Shown here: piece by piece, positions 21,758-30,282 of the stretch
Position numbering within the stretch: the stretch's first letter is position 1
How the letters are laid out: each line of letters starts with the position of its first letter
Assembly (NCBI RefSeq): GCF_014280175.1
Contig: NZ_CP047931.1
Span: forward strand, 450,001 to 482,000
Direction: 5' to 3'
Source of the DNA: Synechococcus sp. A15-28
Lineage (GTDB): Bacteria > Cyanobacteriota > Cyanobacteriia > PCC-6307 > Cyanobiaceae
DNA length: 32,000 nucleotides
Notes under the pieces: generated by a model
Told to the model about the DNA's origin: nothing
Databases searched by the model: none
What the model saw: only the letters and a program-made list of their open reading frames with translations
Made by a program: the position numbers and the translations under genes

Positions 21758-21962
21758 GTTCGTCGGCGCGGAAGTGGGCCTTGTAGCGACCGAAGGCCAC
21801 GATCACCGGCAGGGTGGGGCTGATCACGCGACCCTTCCAATCGTTCAAAACGGACACCACTTCACCGCTCTGACCCTTCATGTCGAAGGCTTCTCCACGG
21901 TGTTGGGGATGGTTGAAGACCACAACGGAGGCCTCGACCGTCACCTTGTCTCCCGCCTGCAT
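21741..21962 (-). CDS. ftrV: Ferredoxin-thioredoxin reductase variable chain
   Basis: MQAGDKVTVEASVVVFNHPQHRGEAFDMKGQSGEVVSVLNDWKGRVISPTLPVIVAFG. Confidence 0.87.
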   Translation of the reverse strand: MQAGDKVTVEASVVVFNHPQHRGEAFDMKGQSGEVVSVLNDWKGRVISPTLPVIVAFGRYKAHFRADELTPAG

Positions 21963-21992
21963 GGTCTATGACTCCATCGTGGGGGCATTTTG

Positions 21993-22838
21993 TCACGCTC
22001 CTGTCGGCCCCCGTCGTCGGCAGAAACTCTCCGGACCGTCCTCCTCCACCTGGCCACCCAAGGCACGGCAGCCGGCTTCGAATGCCTGCCATGGCTCCAA
22101 TCCCCGATCGAGCTGCTGTTGAACGGCCCGATCCAGTTTCGTTCCGCTGATCACATCCGAGCGGCCGTCGCTGTGCTGCTGATGCTCCTGGCTGTCTCCG
22201 ATCCGGGCAATGGCCACGTCAACTTTCTGGCGCTGGGGCTGGGTCTGGGCTCGCCACCAGGGGTGGTCGAGGCGGTTGTGGCTGTCGAGCGCTTCCCACC
22301 AGCGTTGCTGGTCCACCAGTTGAGTCAGCCGTTCAGCCTCCAGGCGATTGCGGTTCCAGGTCTCCCGCAGGCTGTCGCTGGAGGGGTTACCACCATTGGT
22401 GGCGGCGCGATCCAGCGGCTCCAGCATTGCGATCGATCCCTCCAGATCACCGGCCCGAAAGCGCTGCATGGCCCCTTCCCTCAGGTCCCGCCGCCAAACC
22501 TGGATCTGCTCCACATCCGTGGCGCTGGCCTGGTCGGATTGCACCAGCTGACGCTGCACCTGCAGGGCAGCAGCCTGATCGCCGCTGTTCCAGAGCTGGG
22601 CCGCCCGTTGGCGGCGGCAACGGGCCTGCTGTTGTGGTGCCCCCTCCCCCAGCCAGCGCAGGGCGGCCAGCTGTTCGGTGAGCTCAAGGCAGCGGCTCCA
22701 GTCCCCGCTGTCGAGCGCTTGCCGTAATCGCCCTGGAAGCTGCCGTTCCCACCAGAGGGCACCGCTCGCGAGGCTCAGCACCAGCGCGAGCGTCCCCACG
22801 ACCCAGAGCTGAAGCGGCAGCGGGCGACGTGGCGCCAC
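21993..22838 (-). CDS. Hypothetical membrane-anchored protein with helical repeat-like character
   Basis: Long ORF, N-terminal TM helix (LWVVGTLALVLSLASGALWW) followed by a hydrophilic Q/R/W-rich helical region; no identifiable catalytic motif. Confidence 0.7.
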   Translation of the reverse strand: MAPRRPLPLQLWVVGTLALVLSLASGALWWERQLPGRLRQALDSGDWSRCLELTEQLAALRWLGEGAPQQQARCRRQRAAQLWNSGDQAAALQVQRQLVQSDQASATDVEQIQVWRRDLREGAMQRFRAGDLEGSIAMLEPLDRAATNGGNPSSDSLRETWNRNRLEAERLTQLVDQQRWWEALDSHNRLDHPWWRAQTQPQRQKVDVAIARIGDSQEHQQHSDGRSDVISGTKLDRAVQQQLDRGLEPWQAFEAGCRALGGQVEEDGPESFCRRRGPTGA

Positions 22839-22909
22839 GGTCAGGAGTTGTCACTTTTTGAGTTGTATGGAGTTCGCCCCCGGGGGGAAGCCTGGTGTGG
22901 ACGGCCTGG

Positions 22910-24490
22910 TCAGCGGACGTGGCCGAGATGCAGATCCGGCAGGCGGCGACCGCTGCGCAGATCGGTGACCTCGGCCTGCAGCCGGGCCTCCGCGTCCAGC
23001 TGCAGGCGTAGTCGCAGGCAGTCCTCGCCAGCCCGACCTGGAGGATCCAGGGGCAAGGGCGCGCTGGCCTCAGGCCAGGGCTGATGGCGGAGGTCGTCCT
23101 CCTCTTCCCGTTGAATGATTGGCAGGCCATTCACCTCAATCACGCGGAAGCGACGCTCGGATGAGGGTTCCCCGAACACCAGTTCCAGCTCAGTCTGTCC
23201 ATTCCGACTGGCGGCCAGCACCAGTTCGAACGGCTGCGGACTGGGCCAGGGCTGTCCAGCCACGAACAGGGGATGCCAGCGATGCTGCTGACTGCGTTGG
23301 TCCCAGATGCGCAGGGACACACCGTGTTGCAGCACATCCCGGATCGACACCCCAGGGGTGAGGCTCAGGGCTCCCAGGGCGACCGCTTCGACAGGGGGTG
23401 GGGTCAGCAGTGGTGCCGGTGCCGTGTTCTTCTCCAGCCAGCGTCGCAACCAGGGCAGTTGGGCGCCGCCGCCCACCGCCACCACGGCGTCGAGTTCGGT
23501 CAGATCGCAGCCGTGCCGTCGTCCCCCGGTGAGGGTGGCCTCCAGCAGCTGCCGCAGGGCTTCCGCCAGCCCGCGTTCCTCCAGCAGAGCCTCCAGCTGG
23601 CGGCGCGACATCCGCAAGGGTTGGTCCGCTGCGCCGTTCCAGGTTTCTTCGAGGACGGTCTGCTCCGCCAGCTCCGGATCGCTGAGTCGACGTTTGAGTC
23701 GTTCCGCCGCGTTCAGCAAAGCGGGCTGCAGTGGCGCCTCCGGGCAGCAGGCATTGGCGATCCAGCGATCGATATCACGTCCCCCCAGCCGTAATCCCGC
23801 CTTGCCCAGCACCTCGGCATTGCGCAACCGCTGGCGGCTGCTCTCCCCCAGCTGACGTCCACCCAGTCGCAGCAACTGGGCGATCGGCGCCGCCTTGCCT
23901 TCTCCCCCCTGCAAGGCCACCAGCGCCAGGTCGAGGGTGCTGCCGCCGAGATCGACCACGAGCAGTCGCGCCCCTGGGGGAAGGCTGGCCCCCAGGGCTG
24001 CCGCGGTGGGCTCATCCACCAGGGCGATCTCCTCCACCGGCAGCGCACTGCAGGCCTCCAACAGCCAGCTGCGGTAGTCGCGATAGGTCTCAACTGGCGC
24101 TGTCAGCACCAGGCGTTCCACCCGCAGCGTCTGGGGTAGGTGCCTCCAGATTGCTTCGAGCAGCAGGGCTCCGGCCTTGGCCGCCCGATCGCTCAGGTCC
24201 CGGCTGCCGGCCTCGGCGCTGCCGATGTGGCGCTTGAAATCCCTGGCCAGGTGGGGATCGTCCAGGTCGGCACGTCCCGCCTCAATCACCTGTTGCCCGA
24301 TCAGAGGGGATTCGTCGCCCAGCCACAGCAGGCTGGGGACTTCACCCCTCAGTTGGCTGATGGGGGGCAGGTCCAGCAGGCGTGGGCTGCTTCCGTCAGT
24401 TGCAGCGAAGGCCACCACCGATGTGGTGCTGCCCAGGTCGATGGCCAGCGTGCCTGGTTGAGATGAATTCTGAAGCTTTTCTTCTCCCAC
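22910..24490 (-). CDS. Divergent Hsp70 family protein
   Basis: LAIDLGSTTSVVAFA, LVDEPTAAALGAS, LLVVDLGGSTLDLALVAL, VVAVGGGAQLPWLRRWLE nucleotide-binding motifs. Confidence 0.87.
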   Translation of the reverse strand: MGEEKLQNSSQPGTLAIDLGSTTSVVAFAATDGSSPRLLDLPPISQLRGEVPSLLWLGDESPLIGQQVIEAGRADLDDPHLARDFKRHIGSAEAGSRDLSDRAAKAGALLLEAIWRHLPQTLRVERLVLTAPVETYRDYRSWLLEACSALPVEEIALVDEPTAAALGASLPPGARLLVVDLGGSTLDLALVALQGGEGKAAPIAQLLRLGGRQLGESSRQRLRNAEVLGKAGLRLGGRDIDRWIANACCPEAPLQPALLNAAERLKRRLSDPELAEQTVLEETWNGAADQPLRMSRRQLEALLEERGLAEALRQLLEATLTGGRRHGCDLTELDAVVAVGGGAQLPWLRRWLEKNTAPAPLLTPPPVEAVALGALSLTPGVSIRDVLQHGVSLRIWDQRSQQHRWHPLFVAGQPWPSPQPFELVLAASRNGQTELELVFGEPSSERRFRVIEVNGLPIIQREEEDDLRHQPWPEASAPLPLDPPGRAGEDCLRLRLQLDAEARLQAEVTDLRSGRRLPDLHLGHVR

Positions 24491-24552
24491 GCCGGTCCAG
24501 ACCGTGATGAGGGCACGGTGAATGAAGATTGAGATTAGTGGGACCCGCCTGG

Positions 24553-24837
24553 ATGGATCGCCTGCAGCAGCTGATTTTTTCCTTCTATCGGGAAGATCCC
24601 CTGATGGAAGAGCTGCTGGAACCCTTGCGGGATTGCCGTATGCGTCGCAGTTGGGGCAGCATCCGGATCGAGTGCCTCGATGCCGCCCATCTCGAGCAGA
24701 TCAGTGGGTTGCTGGTCCACCTGAGGCTTCCACTGGCAGCCCTGGGGCTCGGACGTCAGATCGTGCTGCGGGTGCCCGGCTCCCTGCAGCGCAGCTATCC
24801 GATGCATGTGCCGTTCCACAGCGACCAGCTGGCTTGA
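24553..24837 (+). CDS. Conserved hypothetical small protein
   Basis: MDRLQQLIFSFYREDPLMEELLEPLRDCRMRRSWGSIRIECLDAAHLEQI...; compact ORF in an otherwise unexplained gap before rpoZ, start uncertain. Confidence 0.65.
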   Translation: MDRLQQLIFSFYREDPLMEELLEPLRDCRMRRSWGSIRIECLDAAHLEQISGLLVHLRLPLAALGLGRQIVLRVPGSLQRSYPMHVPFHSDQLA

Positions 24838-24876
24838 GGTGGCCCATTAAGGTGAAGTCTTGTGTGGGACCTGCAC

Positions 24877-25104
24877 GTGATTTCTGCCGGGGTGGATTCC
24901 AGTGACCTCGCCAAACGCGGCGAAAGCCTGATTCGGCAATCCAGCAACCGTTACCTCACCACGGTGCGCATTGCCTTCCGGGCCAAGCAACGCCGCTTTG
25001 ATGACTTCGACGGACTGTTGGAGGAATCCAGCGTGAAGCCCGTGCAGCGGGCCATCGTGGAACTGAGCGACGAGCAGGATCAGCCTGATCTGCTGCCCGG
25101 CTGA
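24877..25104 (+). CDS. rpoZ: DNA-directed RNA polymerase omega subunit
   Basis: [63 protein letters not shown]; start (GTG 24877 or 24862) uncertain. Confidence 0.9.
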   Translation: MISAGVDSSDLAKRGESLIRQSSNRYLTTVRIAFRAKQRRFDDFDGLLEESSVKPVQRAIVELSDEQDQPDLLPG

Positions 25105-25117
25105 TGGCGGCAGGGTC

Positions 25118-25501
25118 GTGATTCAGCAGGAGGGTCCCGGTTGGCGATTGGCCCGGGATCCCATGCGTGGCCAACACCCCGTCCTGATCGGAGGCGAGGG
25201 ATGGGCTTTTGAACTCACCGAGGACGAGTGGGCAGCCCTGGCAGACCTGGTGCTGACCCTTGAACGCCAGCATCGAGCGCTGGTGGATCAGCTGATGGCT
25301 GAGGAAGCGATTGAGTTGGAGCTGGATCGCGGGCTCTGGTGGGGATGTCTGCAGGGGGATCGGGCCAGCTGGAGTGTGTCGGTGGTGCTCACTCCGGCGG
25401 CGGGCCGAGGGGTGGAGGGCCACTGGCCCTCCACGGCGAGTGCGGCGATGGTCGCGGCGATGAGAACGCTGTGGGACAACCGCAATGATCAGTGCAACTG
25501 A
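25118..25501 (+). CDS. DUF1818-like cyanobacterial protein
   Basis: GPGWRLARDPMRGQHPVLIGGEGWAFELTEDEWAALADLV...ELELDRGLWWGCLQGDRASWSVSVVL. Confidence 0.8.
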   Translation: MIQQEGPGWRLARDPMRGQHPVLIGGEGWAFELTEDEWAALADLVLTLERQHRALVDQLMAEEAIELELDRGLWWGCLQGDRASWSVSVVLTPAAGRGVEGHWPSTASAAMVAAMRTLWDNRNDQCN

Positions 25502-25801
25502 TCGTTTGGCACTGACTGATTTCTTCCACGGGGCGCCGCTAGCTTGTGCACAGCTTTTCCACAGGGGTTTGCCGTTGATGCGCTAGGGCGCTTGCCGCTG
25601 TGGAAAAGGCGGTTGGCGGCGTCGGCTTGGTTGACGAGAAGTGGCCTCGGCCCGGTTGGCGATCGACTGGGGCGATCCGTGGCCAGGACTGCAGTCATGG
25701 CTTTGATCTCAGGCGGAGACCGATGCGAACGGCGGGATTGGCGTCGCCCTTGACGCGGTCATGCCCGTGTGGAGAAGTGGTGAGCAATCGGGAGCGACGA
25801 G

Positions 25802-26050
25802 ATGCCTCAGCAGCAGGAGTCCATGGCCATCGATGACGACAGCGTCGTCAGTTTTCAGACCGAGATGCCGTTGCCGCTGCAGCAGGCCATGACCCGTTTC
25901 ATCGAGGGGCATCCCAACTGGGATCAGTACCGCCTTGTCCAGGCGGCCCTGGCGGGGTTCCTGGTGCAGAACGGGATTGAGTCCCGGGAGATCACCCGGG
26001 TTTATGTGGGCAATATGTTTCGCCGGGAAACGCTGCTGCACGGCGTCTGA
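25802..26050 (+). CDS. DUF2811-like cyanobacterial protein
   Basis: VVSFQTEMPLPLQQAMTRFIEGHPNWDQYRLVQAALAGFLVQNGIESREITRVYVGNMF. Confidence 0.83.
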   Translation: MPQQQESMAIDDDSVVSFQTEMPLPLQQAMTRFIEGHPNWDQYRLVQAALAGFLVQNGIESREITRVYVGNMFRRETLLHGV

Positions 26051-26721
26051 GTTCGGCAGCAGGCCATCAGGACCAGTGCGCTGAAGGGCAGGCTCAGCAG
26101 CAGACCCAGGGAGGCGCCGATCAGTCCGAGCAGATTGATCCCACTGAGCAATCCCAGCAACGCCAGCATCTTGAGGCCGTTGTGGCGCACCAGCTGTCGG
26201 CTGTGGTCCATTGCCTGAAGGGCGCGGAGGCGATGGTGCACCAGCAGCGGCAGTGCCAGCACCTGGCTGAACATCCAGCACAGCATCAGCAGTCCTCCAC
26301 TCACCACCACAACTCCGGCCAGGGTGGTGCTCAGCCGGCCAGCGGCCCAGCTCAGGGTCTGGATCAGGGCCAGGCCCCCCAGCACGAGCAGCAGCTCGAA
26401 CAGCACCAGTCCTGTGGCCTGTCGCAGCAGCCAGCTCCAGCGGATCGGTGGCTCAGGTCTCGACTCCGGTGGCAGCAGCTGGTCCGCCAGCTTCAACAGT
26501 GCCAGGAGTGGCAGCAGGGGGAGCACCAGGCTGGCAACCACCGCAAGATCCCCTAACCAGGTCAAGCCGAGCCGGCGCAGATCCTCGCCAAGGAGGGCCG
26601 GACCGATGGCGCTGAGCAGCAGGACGTTCGCCAGCCCCACGCAGCGCCAGGGTGCCTTCCCGAAGCCGATCCAGGCCCGCGGGAGCAGCGTGACCAGAGG
26701 CAGCTCAGTGGAGGGGGCCAA
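26002..26721 (-). CDS. Hypothetical multi-spanning membrane protein
   Basis: Several predicted TM segments (VVASLVLPLLPLLALLKL, GLVLFELLLVLGGLALI, TLAGVVVVSGGLLMLCWMF, MLALLGLLSGINLLGLIG). Confidence 0.72.
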   Translation of the reverse strand: MAPSTELPLVTLLPRAWIGFGKAPWRCVGLANVLLLSAIGPALLGEDLRRLGLTWLGDLAVVASLVLPLLPLLALLKLADQLLPPESRPEPPIRWSWLLRQATGLVLFELLLVLGGLALIQTLSWAAGRLSTTLAGVVVVSGGLLMLCWMFSQVLALPLLVHHRLRALQAMDHSRQLVRHNGLKMLALLGLLSGINLLGLIGASLGLLLSLPFSALVLMACCRTQTPCSSVSRRNILPT

Positions 26722-27184
26722 GGCGTTCCAGCAGGTCGGCGGCTGTGGCAGCCGGTACCGGCAGGATCGAGAGGCGGTTGCCGCGTTTGATCACGGGCAG
26801 TTGCTTCTCGCTGTAAAGCTCCCGCAGTTGATTGAGGCTCAACAACTCTCGGAACTCCCCCATAAAGCGCAGCCTGGCGCAGTCCCAGCGCGGTTGTTCG
26901 CGCTTGGATTTCGGGTCGAAATACTTGGCGTCCGGATCGAATTGGGTGGGATCCACCAGGCCGATCTCCTCCACCTCCATCAGACCGATGATTCCGGGAG
27001 GCTTGCAATTCGAGTGGTAGAAAAAGGCCTGGTCGCCGATGGCCATGGAACGCATGAAGTTGCGGGCCTGGTAATTGCGGATGCCATCCCAGAGCGTGCT
27101 GCCTTCACGACGAAGATCGTCGATCCCATAGGCCTCGGGCTCGCTTTTCATCAGCCAGAAGGCCACGTGCAGATTTCCTCGCAA
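26705..27184 (-). CDS. EVE domain-containing protein
   Basis: WLMKSEPEAYGIDDLRREGSTLWDGIRNYQARNFMRSMAIGDQAFFYHSNCKPPGIIGLMEV. Confidence 0.93.
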   Translation of the reverse strand: MRGNLHVAFWLMKSEPEAYGIDDLRREGSTLWDGIRNYQARNFMRSMAIGDQAFFYHSNCKPPGIIGLMEVEEIGLVDPTQFDPDAKYFDPKSKREQPRWDCARLRFMGEFRELLSLNQLRELYSEKQLPVIKRGNRLSILPVPAATAADLLERLGPLH

Positions 27185-27241
27185 GTGTTTTCATCATCCG
27201 CTCTTCTGCTGGGAGCAGTGGATTAATCGATTCGATTTGTC

Positions 27242-28648
27242 TCAGTTGCTTCCGCTTTGCACCTGGTGAATCAGCTGTTTGAAGTGATCGCCCCGCGCTT
27301 CGAAATCGCGGTACTGATCAAAGCTGGCGCAGGCCGGTGAGAGCAGCAGGTTGGAGGCTCCCAGCGCCTCTGCACGCTGAACGGCCTGGTCCACAGCAGC
27401 GGACAGGTCGTTGCAGAGGCTCAGCGGACCAGGGAAGCCTGACGTGGTGATTAGCCCCTGCAGTTCCTCGGCGCCAGCCCCGAAAAGCACCACGGCACAG
27501 GCCCTGCGGTTCAGTTCCGCAAGCCAGTCGCTGGCATCCCCCTGCTTGGTGGTTCCCCCCGCCAGGACCACCACCGGACCCCGCATGGCCCGCAGCCCCA
27601 CTGCAGCAGCGTCGTAATTGGTGGCTTTGCTGTCGTTGAAGACCTGCGCGTTTCTGATGCGCCCGAGCGGTTCGAGGCGATGAGGGACTCCCGGGAAGGA
27701 ACGCAGCCCCGCTTCGATTGATGCAGGGCTGAGGCCGATCTGCAGCGCCGCGGCGGTTACCAGCAGTAGGTTCTGGTGGTTGTGGGACCCCGGCATGGCC
27801 AGTGCTTCAGCGGGGAACAACCGCTGGGTTGGCTCGTGGACCCAGCCTTCGTCGTCGATCCAGAGGTCGGCGGGGAGACCATCGGGTTGGGCCGACTCCG
27901 CACTGACCCAGATGCCGCCGTTCCAGCTCCGGCGCTGCTGGCGCAGGTCGGGATCATCGGCGTTGAAGATGGCCTGGTCGGAGCGTTCGAGCAGGCCGCG
28001 CTTGATCGCCCGATAGGCCTCGACGGTGCCGTGGCGTTCCAGATGATCCGGGGTGAGCGTGGTCCAGATGCCGATTCGGGGGCGGATGCGGTCGGCGGCT
28101 TCGATCTGGTAGCTGCTCAGTTCCATCACCAGCCAGTCGGGTGGTGCGGCTGACTGTTGCTGCAGGCTCAGGGCCATGTCGGCGGCGGACACGCCCATGT
28201 TTCCGCCCATGGGAGCGGCCAGGCCGGCTTTGCCCAGCACATGGCTGAGTAGATGGGTGACGGTGGTCTTTCCGTTGGTGCCGGTGATGCCCACCCAGGG
28301 GATGTGCTGCAGCGCGTCCCAGGCCACAGCCATCTCTCCATCCACGGCGATGCCGTGCTGGCGCAATTGCTCGATCGTTGGGTGGTCCCAGGGGATCCCT
28401 GGGCTGATCACCACCCGTTGCACGTCATCCAGCCAGGGGCGAAAGCTGTCGATGGCGAAAGGGGACTGCAGTCGCACCTCAATCCCCTGTTCTCGCAGTG
28501 ATTCAGCTTTGGCCTCCAGCAGTTCACCCTGGCCGGAGTCGATCACGGAGACGGAGTGACCGGAGGCCTGCAGCAGGCGCGCAGCTCCCAGGCCCGAGCG
28601 CCCAAGTCCGATGACGACGGTTTGAGCCATCGAGTTCAACTGCGCCAA
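27242..28648 (-). CDS. murD: UDP-N-acetylmuramoyl-L-alanine--D-glutamate ligase
   Basis: VIGLGRSGLGAARLLQASG, WVGITGTNGKTTVTHLLSHVL, VFNDSKATNYDAAAVGLRAM, LLSPACASFDQYRDFEARGDHF; probable start within the first few Met codons. Confidence 0.96.
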   Translation of the reverse strand: MAQLNSMAQTVVIGLGRSGLGAARLLQASGHSVSVIDSGQGELLEAKAESLREQGIEVRLQSPFAIDSFRPWLDDVQRVVISPGIPWDHPTIEQLRQHGIAVDGEMAVAWDALQHIPWVGITGTNGKTTVTHLLSHVLGKAGLAAPMGGNMGVSAADMALSLQQQSAAPPDWLVMELSSYQIEAADRIRPRIGIWTTLTPDHLERHGTVEAYRAIKRGLLERSDQAIFNADDPDLRQQRRSWNGGIWVSAESAQPDGLPADLWIDDEGWVHEPTQRLFPAEALAMPGSHNHQNLLLVTAAALQIGLSPASIEAGLRSFPGVPHRLEPLGRIRNAQVFNDSKATNYDAAAVGLRAMRGPVVVLAGGTTKQGDASDWLAELNRRACAVVLFGAGAEELQGLITTSGFPGPLSLCNDLSAAVDQAVQRAEALGASNLLLSPACASFDQYRDFEARGDHFKQLIHQVQSGSN

Positions 28649-28759
28649 TCGCTTGGCAGCCTACGGGGATGAGCAGAAATACTGGAAAGTAATTTGGAGG
28701 TGAAATTTTGGCTTTGTACTAAATCTTGAGCGGCAATCTCTCCGCTTCGTTTAATGAAA

Positions 28760-28831
28760 TGGGCGATACTGGATTTGAACCAGTGACTCCTACAATGTCA
28801 ATGTAGTGCTCTACCCCTGAGCTAATCGCCC
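28760..28831 (-). tRNA. tRNA-Val (anticodon GAC)
   Basis: Minus strand GGGCGATTAGCTCAGGGGTAGAGCACTACATTGACATTGTAGGAGTCACTGGTTCAAATCCAGTATCGCCCA folds as a cloverleaf: acceptor GGGCGAT/ATCGCCC, D arm GCTC/GAGC, anticodon stem CTACA/TGTAG with loop TTGACAT, T arm ACTGG-TTCAAAT-CCAGT. Confidence 0.95.
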
Positions 28832-28903
28832 GAAATGAAGGCAACCAACGTGCACTGTCGGTTGATTTCGGTATTAGAGATTAGCAGCAGGCCTGCCCGC
28901 ACT

Positions 28904-29683
28904 TCAGCGGCGCATCAGTTCAATCCGCCAGCGCTCCCGCTTGGTCAGGGTGCATGACAACAGCTCGAGGCTGCCGCGATCCTGCAGCTGCAGGCGATCA
29001 CCCACCTTCAGTTCGCGACTCCCCTGGCGGACCGGTTCCCAGTTCAACCGCAAGCGTCCAGCCTTGATCTGACTGACCACCTTGGATCGAGACATCCCGA
29101 ATCCGGCTGAGGCGATGGCATCGACTCGGCAGGAGGCTTCCACTGTGGTGAGCCGTTTCGGATTGCGTTGGGCCGGCAGTTGCAGCTGCGTGATCTCGAG
29201 AACGTCGCAGTGAATCTCCACATCCCGGAGCTGTCCGCGGCGCCCCTGCAGATGTTCGGCTGCGCTTGGGCTGATCAACCCCTGGCCGCCCCGATCGCCG
29301 CGCACCCAGAGATCACCGAGATCATGGGGTTCGGCTCCCATGCTGTGCAGGGCCGATCGCAGGTCATCAGGACTGATGGGGTCAAACAGAAAATTGCCTT
29401 CGATCAGCAGTCCCTGGATCGGCGGGGGCAGCTCCACCGGCTGATCACGGCGATGGCAGAGCATTCGGCAGCGTTCGGCCCCCGGATGACCGCCGTCGCG
29501 CTGCCAGGCCAGTTCGCTGAGGCTGCTCAGTCGCTCCAGCGCTTCCTCCTGCAGAGGGGCATCGACAAAGGCACTCCAGGTCGGTTGCCAGGTGCGCAGC
29601 ACCACCTCGGCCAGATCCAACAACGCCGCCAGACCCACGGGGTGGCGGGCTTTGGTCAGCAGTTCGTCCCGCGGCAGCCTCAC
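28904..29683 (-). CDS. S4-domain RNA-binding protein (YlmH-like / photosystem II S4 domain protein)
   Basis: ASAGFGMSRSKVVSQIKAGRLRLNWEPVRQGSRELKVGDRLQLQDRG S4 motif; N-terminal AERCRMLCHRRD-like region. Confidence 0.88.
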   Translation of the reverse strand: MRLPRDELLTKARHPVGLAALLDLAEVVLRTWQPTWSAFVDAPLQEEALERLSSLSELAWQRDGGHPGAERCRMLCHRRDQPVELPPPIQGLLIEGNFLFDPISPDDLRSALHSMGAEPHDLGDLWVRGDRGGQGLISPSAAEHLQGRRGQLRDVEIHCDVLEITQLQLPAQRNPKRLTTVEASCRVDAIASAGFGMSRSKVVSQIKAGRLRLNWEPVRQGSRELKVGDRLQLQDRGSLELLSCTLTKRERWRIELMRR

Positions 29684-30186
29684 AGGTCGTTCAGCCGCAC
29701 CACCTGCTGCGGTCGGTTGCGTTGCACCACTTGCCAGGGCGCTTCGATGCCGTTGGGGGTCTCCACCAGCACCAACCAGGAGCCCTCATCCCGTCTGTTG
29801 CGCAGGATGCGCACGCCGGCTTCGTTGTCGGAATCCACGCTGGCCGCCGCGGCATAACTGCCCATCAGACCGGACCCCATCCCCATCAGTCCACCGATCA
29901 GCGTTTCCCCCCAGGGCCCGAAGGCCGCGAAGGTGGTGAGGTTGGTGATCTTGGTGAAGGTCACGCCCGCCAGAAAACCGAAGGGCATCAGCCAGCGGGC
30001 CATCGCCTTCTGCCGCCGTTGGCGGGTGAGATTGGGACTGAGCAGGGGCACGCTGTCGATGGCGTCCCCCTCCGGCGGAATCGCCTGGCACGTCAGCAGG
30101 GGTACGTCTGTGCCCCGCAGCTGCTCGGTCAGTCCTTCGGCTGCGGTCTGATCGGCCAGAACCACGACGCAAACGGGCATTCGCAC
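29680..30186 (-). CDS. Conserved hypothetical protein with central Gly-rich hydrophobic segment
   Basis: ATGA overlap with the downstream S4-domain gene; segment TTFAAFGPWGETLIGGLMGMGSGLMGSYAAAASV; no known motif recognised. Confidence 0.7.
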   Translation of the reverse strand: MRMPVCVVVLADQTAAEGLTEQLRGTDVPLLTCQAIPPEGDAIDSVPLLSPNLTRQRRQKAMARWLMPFGFLAGVTFTKITNLTTFAAFGPWGETLIGGLMGMGSGLMGSYAAAASVDSDNEAGVRILRNRRDEGSWLVLVETPNGIEAPWQVVQRNRPQQVVRLNDL

Positions 30187-30282
30187 ACATCCTGAGGGCT
30201 CAATTCTGAACCCTGTCCTGCGAAGTTCAGGGGCAGTGAATGCCGATCACTACAGTTCGGCGCGGCAGTACCGCGCCCAGCG

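Noticed and set aside
28760-28831. tRNA-Val considered as an integration site for a mobile element
   Set aside because: Both flanks are core genes (S4-domain gene and murD) and I saw no duplicated tRNA end or integrase.
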